From NCBI GenBank assembly GCA_964361495.1, contig CAYIAH010000003.1, forward strand, positions 1 through 60,129: a DNA stretch of 60,129 bases. The letters are read 5' to 3'. A program made the translations under genes and the position numbers. Position 1 is the first letter of the stretch. Each line of letters begins with the position of its first letter. The DNA comes from an uncultured Candidatus Saccharibacteria bacterium (GTDB taxonomy: Bacteria; Patescibacteriota; Minisyncoccia; Sungbacterales; HO2-52-23). The notes below the pieces were generated by a model. The model was not told the origin of the DNA and searched no databases. It was given only the letters and a program-made list of their open reading frames with translations. Positions 27,188 to 36,705 of the stretch are shown one piece after another.

Positions 27188-28369
27188 TTATGCGAGTTCC
27201 GACGCAATCTCAAGAACGCCGCGCGTTTCGTCTGTAAGAAAGGTGAGGCATCCCGCCCCATTCCCGGCCTCCATGTCGCGCGCGTCATCACCGATAAAAA
27301 TCGTCTTGGTGAGATCAAAATCATGTTCGCGCGCGGCCTGATACAGCATTCCGGATTTTGGTTTGCGGCACTCGCATCCTTCATCCCATCCATGCGGACA
27401 ATAATATACGCCCCCAAGATGCACGCCCTCTTGTTCAAGTTCCGCGGCAAGCCGGGCGTGTATTTCATCGAGATCACGATGCGTCATCATCCCTCTGCCG
27501 ATACCCGCTTGATTGGTCACGATATACATCGCGTATCCCTTTTCTGCAAGCATTCGAAGAGCACGCTTCGCGCCCGGCAAAAATTCAAATTCATTCCAGC
27601 TTTTTACATATTCCCCCGGAGGAGGTTTTTTGTTAATTATCCCGTCGCGATCAAGAAAGATAACTTTTTTCGGACGAAGCGCGCGCCTCATCCGTTCAAG
27701 TTTTTCCATGGTACCGATACTGTAATACGGATGATCCGTACGAAACCCCGCGAGCTCGCGCTCCTTGATCAAAACCGGCAGCACCTCTTTTTCAAATGAG
27801 AAATTATGCCCCGGCATGTAGGAAAACACTTTTTTCTTGAGAAGAAAAAAACCGATTTCAACGCCGTTGAGGTTTTCAACCTCCCGTAAAGGGTCATACA
27901 CAGTCACATACCCATCTTCGTCAACACGCATATTATTCCTGCTCTGTCTGTCCTTATTCGTATAAACCGCCACCGAAGCGATGGTGTTTTTCTTCTGATA
28001 AAAATCAAAAAGCGGATCAAGCCGAAGCGGCCAATAATTGTCGCCGTAGAGCAAAAGGAACGTATCGCGGACTAAGGGTGCGGCCGCACTGAGACGCGCG
28101 CCCGTTTCGTCTTCAGCGCGAGTCACGGAGTAGCTGATTTTCACTCCATACCGAGACCCATCACCGAAATGGTCCCTGATTTTCTCCGGCAAATAGCCCA
28201 AAAGCAAAACAATTTCTTGAACTCCGTTCTGCCGCAAGAGTTCAACGAGATACTCCAAAAAGGGCTTGCCGTTCACCGGCGCCATGGGTTTGGGCAGTCT
28301 ATCCGTGAGCGGCCGCAGCCGCGTTCCTCGTCCGCCCGCTAAAATAATGGCCTGTTCAATCACGCCCAT
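27188..28369 (-). CDS. Bifunctional sugar-1-phosphate nucleotidyltransferase (HddC-like) / D,D-heptose 1,7-bisphosphate phosphatase (GmhB)
   Basis: The N-terminal half has AIILAGGRGTRLRPLTDRLPKPMAPV (NTP_transferase). The C-terminal half has VIFLDRDGIINKK and CPHGWDEGCECRKPKSGML (GmhB Zn-loop motif). Confidence 0.75.
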   Translation of the reverse strand: MGVIEQAIILAGGRGTRLRPLTDRLPKPMAPVNGKPFLEYLVELLRQNGVQEIVLLLGYLPEKIRDHFGDGSRYGVKISYSVTRAEDETGARLSAAAPLVRDTFLLLYGDNYWPLRLDPLFDFYQKKNTIASVAVYTNKDRQSRNNMRVDEDGYVTVYDPLREVENLNGVEIGFFLLKKKVFSYMPGHNFSFEKEVLPVLIKERELAGFRTDHPYYSIGTMEKLERMRRALRPKKVIFLDRDGIINKKPPPGEYVKSWNEFEFLPGAKRALRMLAEKGYAMYIVTNQAGIGRGMMTHRDLDEIHARLAAELEQEGVHLGGVYYCPHGWDEGCECRKPKSGMLYQAAREHDFDLTKTIFIGDDARDMEAGNGAGCLTFLTDETRGVLEIASELA

Positions 28370-29391
28370 CGTAAATTCTTAGTAATTTCATTCTGATCCC
28401 GCAAATGCCTGATTTGCTGCAGGCGATTGCATGATCTTCCCCGAAAGTGTTCTTCGCTGAATCGCATCTCCTTAAAAAACTGGACAAGCTCTTTTCCCCC
28501 GCGATCCAAATCCCACCCGGGCTTATAATGATCTTTTAAAACCGTCGAAATTTTATTGAACGATACGCGGTACGTGCGCGCATCGCTTCCGTGCTCTCCG
28601 GTAAAGACGAGCGCGCTGCCCGGAACTGCGCGCTGGGCGGCCTCGGCAAGATCGCGCACCGTGAAATTGCCCTGCGGAATCCCGACATTAAACGATTCGC
28701 CGTTCACCGATTCCTGCCCCGCTTCAAGCCCCGCGATAAATGCGGATGCGACATCCTTCACGTGCACCACCGGACGCCACGGCGTGCCATCGCTTTTTAT
28801 TTCAATTTTTCCCGTCGTATACGCGGAGGCGACAAAATTGTTAAAGACGACATCGCACCGAAGCATCGGGCTCGCGCCAAACACCGTGGATGGCCTGAAA
28901 AGCACCACGATAAAATCATCCGCCGCCATTTTCTTTAATGCCTGCTCCGCCTCCCATTTCGTGCGCGCATACGCGGTCACCGGATTTTTTTGGCTCGTCT
29001 CTTCATCCAATTCCTGCGAAGTATCGGAAACGCCGTACATGCTTTGAGACGAAGCGTAGATAAAACGGCGCACTCCCGCCGCTTTCGCCGCTTCTGCTGC
29101 TCGTACGGTTGCCTTAAAATTGATTGCTTCGGTTAAACTGGGGTCAAATTCGCCCAGGGGATCATTGGAGAGCGCGGCAAGATGCACCACCGCGTCAATT
29201 CCTTCAAAATCATCGCGAGACACATCGCGGATATCTTTTCTGATTTGGCGTTCTATCGCCGGCAGCGCGCCGAACGCCAAAGGCCGGTAATAATCCGTGT
29301 CATATCCGACCACGCCGTGTCCGCGCTCGCTCAATACGCCCGCGAGCACCGCGCCAATGTATCCGTTATTTCCCGTAACCATTATTCGCAT
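28360..29391 (-). CDS. NAD-dependent epimerase/dehydratase (SDR)
   Basis: IMVTGNNGYIGAVL and YARTKWEAE. Confidence 0.75.
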   Translation of the reverse strand: MRIMVTGNNGYIGAVLAGVLSERGHGVVGYDTDYYRPLAFGALPAIERQIRKDIRDVSRDDFEGIDAVVHLAALSNDPLGEFDPSLTEAINFKATVRAAEAAKAAGVRRFIYASSQSMYGVSDTSQELDEETSQKNPVTAYARTKWEAEQALKKMAADDFIVVLFRPSTVFGASPMLRCDVVFNNFVASAYTTGKIEIKSDGTPWRPVVHVKDVASAFIAGLEAGQESVNGESFNVGIPQGNFTVRDLAEAAQRAVPGSALVFTGEHGSDARTYRVSFNKISTVLKDHYKPGWDLDRGGKELVQFFKEMRFSEEHFRGRSCNRLQQIRHLRDQNEITKNLRWA

Positions 29392-29410
29392 AACTATATA
29401 AAGTTATTTT

Positions 29411-29440
29411 AAAAAAAGACCTCCGCGCGCGGTAGAGGTC
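29411..29440 (-). terminator. Rho-independent terminator
   Basis: On the minus strand the sequence is GACCTC-TACCGCGCGCG-GAGGTC followed by T7. It lies about 30 nt downstream of the IMPase-family stop (29472). It is the only clean GC stem plus U-tract I found in the window. Confidence 0.6.
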
Positions 29441-29471
29441 ATGAATCATTTGGGGATACTCACGCGCATGT

Positions 29472-30296
29472 TCACGTCTCGTGCAGAAGATTAAGCACCG
29501 CATCATGAAGAAATCCATTTGAAAAAACAAGCGTACTGAAATTCTCCAACGACCATCGTTTTCCTTCAAAATCAGTCACGCGCCCGCCCGCTTCTTCAAT
29601 AAAGAGACATGCGGGCAAGTTATCCCACGGCTTGTTCCCGACGGTCATTAAAAGATCCGCGCCGGCGGGCATATTCTTTCCTCCGGCAACCCCGACGAGC
29701 GACCAGCACGACGAGAGATTCGCGCGCCATCTTGGCACTGCATCCACTATCCGCATTACCGCAGGAGATTTCAGGAATGCCCTGGAACTTCCCTCTACGA
29801 AGAGCAGCGCTTTCACAAGTTTCTTTTTCTGCGAAACGTACAGCGGGAATAAATCAAGAAAAGGATCAACACCCCATGCGCCATACCCGCGCGTGGCGAA
29901 GTAAAGACCGCTACGGCCGAACATCCGCTGTGCCGGAAGAAACACCGCGCCAAACACCACATCGCCGCGATCGCAATATGCAAGCATTGTTCCAAACATG
30001 GGCAATCCCATAAGGAAATTATGCGTGCCGTCCAACGGATCAATCACCCAAAATCTGTCCGATTCCGGGGGCCACACGTGCGCTGTTTCTTCGCTGACAA
30101 TCACTGCAGATGGATCTCTGTCCCGAATAAATTGCATCAATGCCTTTTCCAATGCGAGATCAAAACTGCTCACCAGCTCTCCCTCGTATTTCTCGGTAAC
30201 ATCTACCGCGGGGGCGCGCAACTGACGCGAGAAATCAGGAGAAAGCTCGTTGAAAAAATCGAAAAGTTCCCTCGTGAATCTCCCGCCGAAATACAT
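29472..30296 (-). CDS. Inositol monophosphatase-family phosphatase (IMPase/CysQ/FBPase-like)
   Basis: VSEE, WVIDPLDGTHNF and PWDNLPA motifs. Preceded by a strong Shine-Dalgarno sequence GAAAGGAG. Confidence 0.75.
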   Translation of the reverse strand: MYFGGRFTRELFDFFNELSPDFSRQLRAPAVDVTEKYEGELVSSFDLALEKALMQFIRDRDPSAVIVSEETAHVWPPESDRFWVIDPLDGTHNFLMGLPMFGTMLAYCDRGDVVFGAVFLPAQRMFGRSGLYFATRGYGAWGVDPFLDLFPLYVSQKKKLVKALLFVEGSSRAFLKSPAVMRIVDAVPRWRANLSSCWSLVGVAGGKNMPAGADLLMTVGNKPWDNLPACLFIEEAGGRVTDFEGKRWSLENFSTLVFSNGFLHDAVLNLLHET

Positions 30297-30396
30297 CTAA
30301 ATTCTCCTTTCTTTAGCGTCTTCGTACACTCCTCGCGCTTATTGATAGCGAGTTGAAAGAACGCAACACACAGAATATCCCAAAATATAAAAATGG

Positions 30397-31011
30397 TCAA
30401 GGCGTTTTTGTGTCAGGCGCGCTTTGGGCGATGTGATCAAAATAATTTTTGAAATACTCGGTGATAAGGTGCAAAACCGCGCCATGTACGCTCTCCACCA
30501 CGCCGTACGCTCCTTTTGGACTCGCCACGAGAATTTTTGCGTCCGCAAGCTCATTCAGTTTGCCGCCGTCAAAACCCGAGAGGCCTATAACAGGAATTTT
30601 ATGCGCCTTAGCGAGCTCAACCGCTTTTATGATATTGGGCGAATTTCCTGAACTTGAAATCGCAATCACCGTATCCGCATCCTGAAGATAATTGCGCAGC
30701 GGCCCCGCAAACACCATCTCATACCCCACGTCATTCGCCCATGCAGTCAGCTCTTCTTCGGTTGAAGGAATGCGAATTGCCTGAAACCGTTTCGTTTCTC
30801 CTTCAAGATGCCTGCTAAAGACGGTCTTATTGAAATCGCTGACCCAGTGCGTCGCGAGCGCGAGCGACCCGCCGTTTCCGCATACATACATTCGACCGTC
30901 GCGCTCGTATGTGCCCTGCACAATATTCATCGCGCGGGCGATTTCTTTTTCCGGAAGCGCGGCGAGCGCTTCACTCACCCGCGCCGAAAATTCTTTGATG
31001 TACTTTTCCAT
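30397..31011 (-). CDS. gmhA: Phosphoheptose (sedoheptulose-7-P) isomerase, SIS domain, copy 1
   Basis: YVCGNGGSLALATHWVSDF and AISSSGNSPN. Confidence 0.8.
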   Translation of the reverse strand: MEKYIKEFSARVSEALAALPEKEIARAMNIVQGTYERDGRMYVCGNGGSLALATHWVSDFNKTVFSRHLEGETKRFQAIRIPSTEEELTAWANDVGYEMVFAGPLRNYLQDADTVIAISSSGNSPNIIKAVELAKAHKIPVIGLSGFDGGKLNELADAKILVASPKGAYGVVESVHGAVLHLITEYFKNYFDHIAQSAPDTKTP

Positions 31012-31014
31012 AAT

Positions 31015-32037
31015 TTATGCCCACATTCCATGGAGCTCCCTTCCCTTAAATACGACCTCCGACCCGGACTGCACAAAATGCACCGGAATTTCCTGCATTC
31101 CTTCGAGGTGAAGCGCGCCCGCGGTTTTTTTCATGGCATAGCGCAGCGCATCTTTCTTCTCCGGCGACAGCAAAAACATAATGCACCCGCCGCCGCCCGC
31201 GCCCAAGACTTTGCCGCCCCATGCGCCGTAATTCATTCCCGCATCATACAACGCGTCAAGAATCGAATTTGACACCGAAGACGCAAGTGTTTTTTTCTCC
31301 GTCCATCCCTGATGAAGCATGCTGCCTAGTCCTTCAAAATCTCCGGAGGCGAGTCGTTCACGAAATTCAAACACCGAATCCGCCATGCGGCAGAGCGTCT
31401 CAAACCGCGAGGGAATATTTACTTTTTGTTCCGCAAGCACGCCTGCGGCAAGCCGCGTGATTCCAGTGAAAAAAATAAGCAGGCGGTCTTCGAGCGCGAA
31501 CCGTTTTTTATAGTCAAGAAACACCGGATCCACGCCCACGGAGCCGTCCTGATTAAATTCAAAAACATTAAATCCTCCGAATGCCGCCGCATAGTGATCC
31601 TGTTTGCCGACGGGCTCCCGCAAACGTTCAATTTCAAGACGGCATGCGGCTTCAGCCGCCTCCCCGGCGTCCATTTTTTTCCCTTGATACGCCGAGAGGC
31701 CTTTCATCATCCCCACGGACAAACTTGACGAAAATCCCAAACCGGTTTTTACCGGCAAATGCCCGAAATACCCGATCTCAATATTGGAATGGATCCCCAT
31801 CTCAAGAAGCGCTTCGCGAATGACGTTATGCTGGAGTAAAGATGGATGCCCAACGCTCTCCGATATGCTGTATCGGACCGAGACGTTCTTCAAAAGCGGC
31901 GTGTGGTTGATCACCACATAGACATATTTGTCAATCGCGGTTGAGATCACGCGGCCGGTTCTTTTTGTATAAAACCCGGGGAGGTCAGTCCCTCCTCCAA
32001 GGAAACTCACGCGAAACGGTGTGCGGGTAATTATCAT
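31015..32037 (-). CDS. hddA: GHMP-family sugar kinase, D-glycero-alpha-D-manno-heptose-7-P kinase-like, copy 1
   Basis: TPFRVSFLGGGTDLPGFY N-terminus and the GHMP motif GLGFSSS. Confidence 0.75.
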   Translation of the reverse strand: MIITRTPFRVSFLGGGTDLPGFYTKRTGRVISTAIDKYVYVVINHTPLLKNVSVRYSISESVGHPSLLQHNVIREALLEMGIHSNIEIGYFGHLPVKTGLGFSSSLSVGMMKGLSAYQGKKMDAGEAAEAACRLEIERLREPVGKQDHYAAAFGGFNVFEFNQDGSVGVDPVFLDYKKRFALEDRLLIFFTGITRLAAGVLAEQKVNIPSRFETLCRMADSVFEFRERLASGDFEGLGSMLHQGWTEKKTLASSVSNSILDALYDAGMNYGAWGGKVLGAGGGGCIMFLLSPEKKDALRYAMKKTAGALHLEGMQEIPVHFVQSGSEVVFKGRELHGMWA

Positions 32038-32051
32038 ACGCGAGCAATGAA

Positions 32052-32489
32052 TCAGCGACTGCTCAAATGTTTTCTTGCGCGTGCAAGAAATGCATCATAA
32101 TCATTGAGATACTCCGCGCGGTCAAAATATTCATCCGTGATCGCGCCGAGCACGCAATCTGGAGAAAAATTGGTGAGGCGCACCCACACATAGGGATTGA
32201 TAAAAACCCCCATCGCGGGATCGCGCAGAAGAAATTTTTGTCTTCTCTCCCCGTCGTCAACATGCACGACACACGAGCCATGCACGCATACAAGCACCTG
32301 GCGGCCGCGGGTATGCGCGTGGTTTGCGCGCGCTGCGTCCGGATCTTTTACCCCGCGGATAAAAAATATCCTTTTCATCTCAAAGGGAATATCGCGCAGC
32401 GCCTCAATCGGAATGAGCGCGCCCCGCCGTTTTTCTCGCATGTGCTTGAAACGAAGCACACGCACATTCTTAACTCGTACGTTCACCAT
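32052..32489 (-). CDS. FdtA/WxcM-like NDP-4-keto-6-deoxyhexose 3,4-ketoisomerase (cupin)
   Basis: FEMKRIFFI...ANHAHTRGRQVLVCVHGSCVV pattern in a 145-aa cupin. Confidence 0.7.
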   Translation of the reverse strand: MVNVRVKNVRVLRFKHMREKRRGALIPIEALRDIPFEMKRIFFIRGVKDPDAARANHAHTRGRQVLVCVHGSCVVHVDDGERRQKFLLRDPAMGVFINPYVWVRLTNFSPDCVLGAITDEYFDRAEYLNDYDAFLARARKHLSSR

Positions 32490-32920
32490 TGAAAATTAAT
32501 CGCCGGATCGTCGTGGGGAATATGCTCAATCTGCCGCCGCGAAGAATCATACGGCTGTTCCGCGTGATAGATAATCCCCATGGGACTTGGTCCGAGCGCC
32601 TGATATCCGTGCGCGACGTTCGGTGGAATTGCAATCGTTTGAAAATCGTCCTCTCCCGCAAAAATCACCTGCGTCTCCCCGCGCGTTGGTGAATCGGGAC
32701 GTCCGTCGTAGAGCACCACACGCGCGCGTCCTTTTATCACGCACCACACCTCCCAATAGTCATGCACATGAAATGCCTTGACGACGCCCAGCCGCGTCTC
32801 GCTGTAGCTTGTCTGACGTATTTCATGAAAGGTCTCCTCGCCCGCTTTTAGGAGTTCCGCAAAAAACCCTCTCTCATCCCTATGGAGTATGACTTTTTTT
32901 ATTGCAAGCCCTTGAATCAT
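32483..32920 (-). CDS. dTDP-4-dehydrorhamnose 3,5-epimerase-like cupin (RmlC family)
   Basis: HRDERGFFAEL...VKAFHVH...NVAHGYQ. The ATG at 32920 is preferred over the ORF-track start at 32989. Confidence 0.65.
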   Translation of the reverse strand: MIQGLAIKKVILHRDERGFFAELLKAGEETFHEIRQTSYSETRLGVVKAFHVHDYWEVWCVIKGRARVVLYDGRPDSPTRGETQVIFAGEDDFQTIAIPPNVAHGYQALGPSPMGIIYHAEQPYDSSRRQIEHIPHDDPAINFQW

Positions 32921-32976
32921 CGTGTACCGTAGAAATACCATAAATGCTGGCCGCGCACAAGGTTTTATAAACCCCC

Positions 32977-33720
32977 ATGGAACCGTCACTCTATTACACG
33001 CATGCGGAAAACGAAGGCACCCGCTGGTGGGATCAGGCGCGACACGCCATTATTCATCGCCTGATCGGGCCCGAGCTTGCCGAGCGCCCTCATCCTCGTA
33101 TTCTTTCCGCCGGATGCGGAACCGGCGGGGAGCTCTCCTTTCTTTCACGATATGGAGAAGTTGTGGGCGTAGATGCGAGCGAAGAAGCGCTCCGATTTGC
33201 ACATGCGAAACAATCTGAATTCCGGCTGGTCCACGGATCGCTGGAGCGCCTCCCCTTTCCATCCAATTCGTTTGATGCGGTATTTGCGCTGGATGTCATC
33301 GAGCATATCCAAAACGACAAAGCGGCGGTCCAAGAAATGTATCGGGTGCTGGGAGACAACGGCCTCGCCGTCTTTACGGTCCCTGCATTTGGGTGGCTCT
33401 GGAGCAAATTCGATCTGCGGGAGCATCATGTCCGCAGATACCGCCGCGCACCGCTTGCCGCGATACTCACTCATGCCGGCTTCGCCATCAAAAAAATAAC
33501 GTATTTTAACACTTTTCTTTTTCCCCTCATCGCTCCCGCGAAAATTCTTTCCCGCATCCGTGAACCGAAATTTCTCCCCGCATCGGAAATCCGCGTTCCC
33601 CGATTTTTAAATAAATTATTTACCATAATTTTCGCTGCTGAAGCGCGTCCCCTCCGAAAATTCAATTTTCCTTTTGGCATCTCGATCCTTGCGATCGCGT
33701 ATAAGACGCCGCGATTTTAA
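32977..33720 (+). CDS. Class I SAM-dependent methyltransferase
   Basis: ILSAGCGTGGEL and ALDVIEHI motifs. Confidence 0.8.
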   Translation: MEPSLYYTHAENEGTRWWDQARHAIIHRLIGPELAERPHPRILSAGCGTGGELSFLSRYGEVVGVDASEEALRFAHAKQSEFRLVHGSLERLPFPSNSFDAVFALDVIEHIQNDKAAVQEMYRVLGDNGLAVFTVPAFGWLWSKFDLREHHVRRYRRAPLAAILTHAGFAIKKITYFNTFLFPLIAPAKILSRIREPKFLPASEIRVPRFLNKLFTIIFAAEARPLRKFNFPFGISILAIAYKTPRF

Positions 33721-33738
33721 CGCGTCATCAATCAATGT

Positions 33739-35736
33739 ATGAACGGGAAACGAGTAAAAGAATTTTTTATCCGCCACCGCCTTGCACTTTTTCTCGCGGT
33801 GGCGGCTTCTCTCCTCTACGGCTTCCATCACGCGGTATTGTCACACAAACTTGAGCGGCAAAATCTCTCCTATTATCCGACGCTCATCGGCATTGATGAC
33901 AAGTACCATACCATCGCCAAAATCAAAGAAGTGTATCTTACCGGTTTTGTTTCGGGTGACGTAAGTCTTGCCGAATACCCTCATGCGCCCGCAGTGATGC
34001 CTCCTTTGCCCCATCTTATTATGGGGTACTTTGCCAAAATTTTTAATTCAATAACCCGCGCATTTATTGCAAGCAGCTTTCTCTTTCCCGCGGCGAGTTT
34101 TTTTCTCTTCTATCTTCTTGGATTTGAAATGACCCGCGCCCGTACTTTCTCGGCATTTTTCGCGACATTTCTTGCGATCATGCCGCGGTATCTTCTTTAT
34201 TTTCCTTTCATCACCGAATATGGCCGGGCCTGGGCCTTCGCCCAGCTCATCTGGCCCCAAAATCGGCTTTATCTCAATCGCCTTGAGGATCCGCTGATCA
34301 CTGTTCCGTTTCTCTTTCTTGCATTATATCTCGTCTGGCGCGCGCTCGCCCGGAATGAACGATTGACTCTCTATGCGGCCGCGCTAAGCTCCGGAGTACT
34401 TTTCTATGTTTATTTCTACTACGCAGTATATCTTTGGGCGGGCCTCCTTCTTATCAGCGCGATTTTTCTTATGCAGAAAAATTATGTCCTCGCGAAACGC
34501 CTTGCGCTCATCATCGGACTCGGACTTCTTACGACCGCCTATTACTGGATACGATTTCTCGCCCTTGTTCGCCTTCCTTCATATCCGGATTTGATCTTGC
34601 GCATCGGTCCGGAACACGGCTATAAGCCGTTTTTGTATCCCCAAATACTTTTTGCCTATGCCCAGCATACCGCTCTTGCAATTGGAGTCTACTTATTTTT
34701 CCGAAAGTATCGTCCCGCTTTTGCGGCATATCTTACCGGAATGCTCCTCGCCGTATTTGCAATATACAATTTTCAAGTGGTCACCGGATTTAATCCCCAG
34801 CCGGATCATTGGATCAAGCCCCGGCAATTCATACTCGCAATAAGTATCTTTGCCCTCGGTTATGGGATATTCACCCGGTACCGCTCTTGGTTGACCTTCC
34901 GATCCATCGGGATATTCGCCGGGCTTTTCGTCACCGGCTTCATCATCCGAGGAGTCACCACGGCAAATCAATTCGTCCAAACCGCAACATTGGGAATCGC
35001 AGGAATAATCACTTTCGGAGGAATCGCATACTGGATCAGCAGAAAATACATAAGAATTTCCGCGACGCAAATCATGCGCATCTTTGTATCGTGTGCAATT
35101 CTCTTGCTCTTTATAAAGGGCGCAGCCATCCAGCGGCGTTTTATCAAAGAAAGTCTGCCAAAGGCAACACTTCCCAAAACCGAGGAATCGAGTTATCAAT
35201 GGCTGCTTACCAATTCCCCGCCGGGATCCGTCGTGGGCACTCCTTCGTTCCTGACCAACACGCTGATTAAACATCTCACCTACAATAAGATATTCGTTCC
35301 GGACGGATTTGATACTATTGCATCAGATAAAGAAGTGCTCAATCGTATGTATCTCATAAACCGTCTTTTCTCTGTTGACCCCAAAACGTTTGGAACTTAT
35401 TTTGCGACAAAAGATACCTATCCGCCCGCCGACGAAGACCATGAAGGAATCTCATACTTATTCACTGACCGCTATCGCGCCGCCGAGCCCGGGTCTATTT
35501 TCACTTCAGCGGGATACGCATATCCCGTCTGGCCCGATGGACTCCACCAAAAAGTAGTGGATAAATACGCCGCGATCTTTGCCGCGAAAGAGATGCCGTT
35601 CCCCTATCGAATAGATTATCTCTACTATGGCCCCCGCGAGCGCGCATTTGCCGATGACCCGACCAAGAGTATCCCGTCGCTCAAACTCGTCTACCACGCC
35701 GGCGGGATAAAAATTTACGCGATCAAAAAAGATTAA
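33739..35736 (+). CDS. GT-C fold membrane glycosyltransferase (ArnT/PMT-like)
   Basis: 665 aa with more than 12 hydrophobic segments. An acidic pair lies in the first external loop (IGIDDKYH). The C-terminal domain of about 170 aa is soluble. Confidence 0.55.
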   Translation: MNGKRVKEFFIRHRLALFLAVAASLLYGFHHAVLSHKLERQNLSYYPTLIGIDDKYHTIAKIKEVYLTGFVSGDVSLAEYPHAPAVMPPLPHLIMGYFAKIFNSITRAFIASSFLFPAASFFLFYLLGFEMTRARTFSAFFATFLAIMPRYLLYFPFITEYGRAWAFAQLIWPQNRLYLNRLEDPLITVPFLFLALYLVWRALARNERLTLYAAALSSGVLFYVYFYYAVYLWAGLLLISAIFLMQKNYVLAKRLALIIGLGLLTTAYYWIRFLALVRLPSYPDLILRIGPEHGYKPFLYPQILFAYAQHTALAIGVYLFFRKYRPAFAAYLTGMLLAVFAIYNFQVVTGFNPQPDHWIKPRQFILAISIFALGYGIFTRYRSWLTFRSIGIFAGLFVTGFIIRGVTTANQFVQTATLGIAGIITFGGIAYWISRKYIRISATQIMRIFVSCAILLLFIKGAAIQRRFIKESLPKATLPKTEESSYQWLLTNSPPGSVVGTPSFLTNTLIKHLTYNKIFVPDGFDTIASDKEVLNRMYLINRLFSVDPKTFGTYFATKDTYPPADEDHEGISYLFTDRYRAAEPGSIFTSAGYAYPVWPDGLHQKVVDKYAAIFAAKEMPFPYRIDYLYYGPRERAFADDPTKSIPSLKLVYHAGGIKIYAIKKD

Positions 35737-35778
35737 CACGCGCTTTATTTCCCCGATACGCTTTTTTATTCCCTGAAG

Positions 35779-36702
35779 TTATTTATTCTCCACAACGTCG
35801 CGTATAAAATAAGGGGTCGCATTCCTGCCTTCGTAATATACCCGCAGGATTAATTCGGCCAGAAATCCCATCATAATGAAAATCAGGCCGACAATGATAA
35901 AGAAAGAAGCAATCACCGGCAGTGGAGTTTGGGCCAAGTTTCTTATGTCATATATCTTCAGCAGCGCCGCGGTAATGACGGCAGTAATCCCGACCCCCTC
36001 GCTTGCGAGTCCCATGACCCCAAACACCAGGAGCGGGCGTGAGGTTGAAATTAAAAATTTTACCGTAAAAAGATCGGTTAAATTTTTTAAACCCTTGAGG
36101 ACTGTGTACTTGGTAAGGCCCCGATTTCGCTCGCGATGCGCGATCGGCATTTGGGCGACCCGCGCTCCGCGCAAATGCAGAATCGCTGCTAAATAAATAT
36201 GCATCTCGCCGTAGAGACGGATGCCTTCAAGATATTTTTTCTTAAAAATTTTCAGGGCGCAACCGTAATCGCGCACGCGGAATCCGAGTACCGCCCCGGC
36301 AAGCCAATTTGCAAGACGCGAAGCAATTTTTCGATCCAATGAATCCCGCCGACTTTCGCGCCAGCCAACGACCGCATCATAGCCCTCTTGAAGCTTCGCG
36401 CGCATCCGCAAAATATCGTGCGGATCATTCTGCAAATCCGCATCCAGCGTCACAATCAAATCGCCTTGAGCCGCGTGAATTCCCGCATCGAGTCCCGCGC
36501 TCTGGCCCATGTTATATGCGATCGATACGATTCTTATCGGTGAGAGTTTCAAAAGCTCTTCCCGCGTTCGATCGGTTGAACCATTGTCAACCGCAATGAT
36601 TTCAAAGGGCTCGCCGATCGCGCGAAGTGCCCCGATCAATCGTTCATGGAGTTCCTTCACATTTTCCTCTTCGTTGTATGCGGGGAAGATGGCAGAAATC
36701 AT
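35779..36702 (-). CDS. GT2 polyprenyl-phosphate glycosyltransferase (GtrB/ArnC/DPM1-like), copy 1
   Basis: ISAIFPAYNEEENV, AVDNGSTDRT and DADLQNDP motifs, plus two C-terminal TM helices. Confidence 0.8.
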   Translation of the reverse strand: MISAIFPAYNEEENVKELHERLIGALRAIGEPFEIIAVDNGSTDRTREELLKLSPIRIVSIAYNMGQSAGLDAGIHAAQGDLIVTLDADLQNDPHDILRMRAKLQEGYDAVVGWRESRRDSLDRKIASRLANWLAGAVLGFRVRDYGCALKIFKKKYLEGIRLYGEMHIYLAAILHLRGARVAQMPIAHRERNRGLTKYTVLKGLKNLTDLFTVKFLISTSRPLLVFGVMGLASEGVGITAVITAALLKIYDIRNLAQTPLPVIASFFIIVGLIFIMMGFLAELILRVYYEGRNATPYFIRDVVENK

Positions 36703-36705
36703 ACA

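Noticed and set aside
35737-35778. The convergent gene junction between GT-C (+) and GT2 (-), inspected for a bidirectional terminator. The junctions at 41477-41499 and 12282/12283 were inspected too.
   Set aside because: No convincing GC-rich hairpin was found. At 12282/12283 the two stop codons abut directly.
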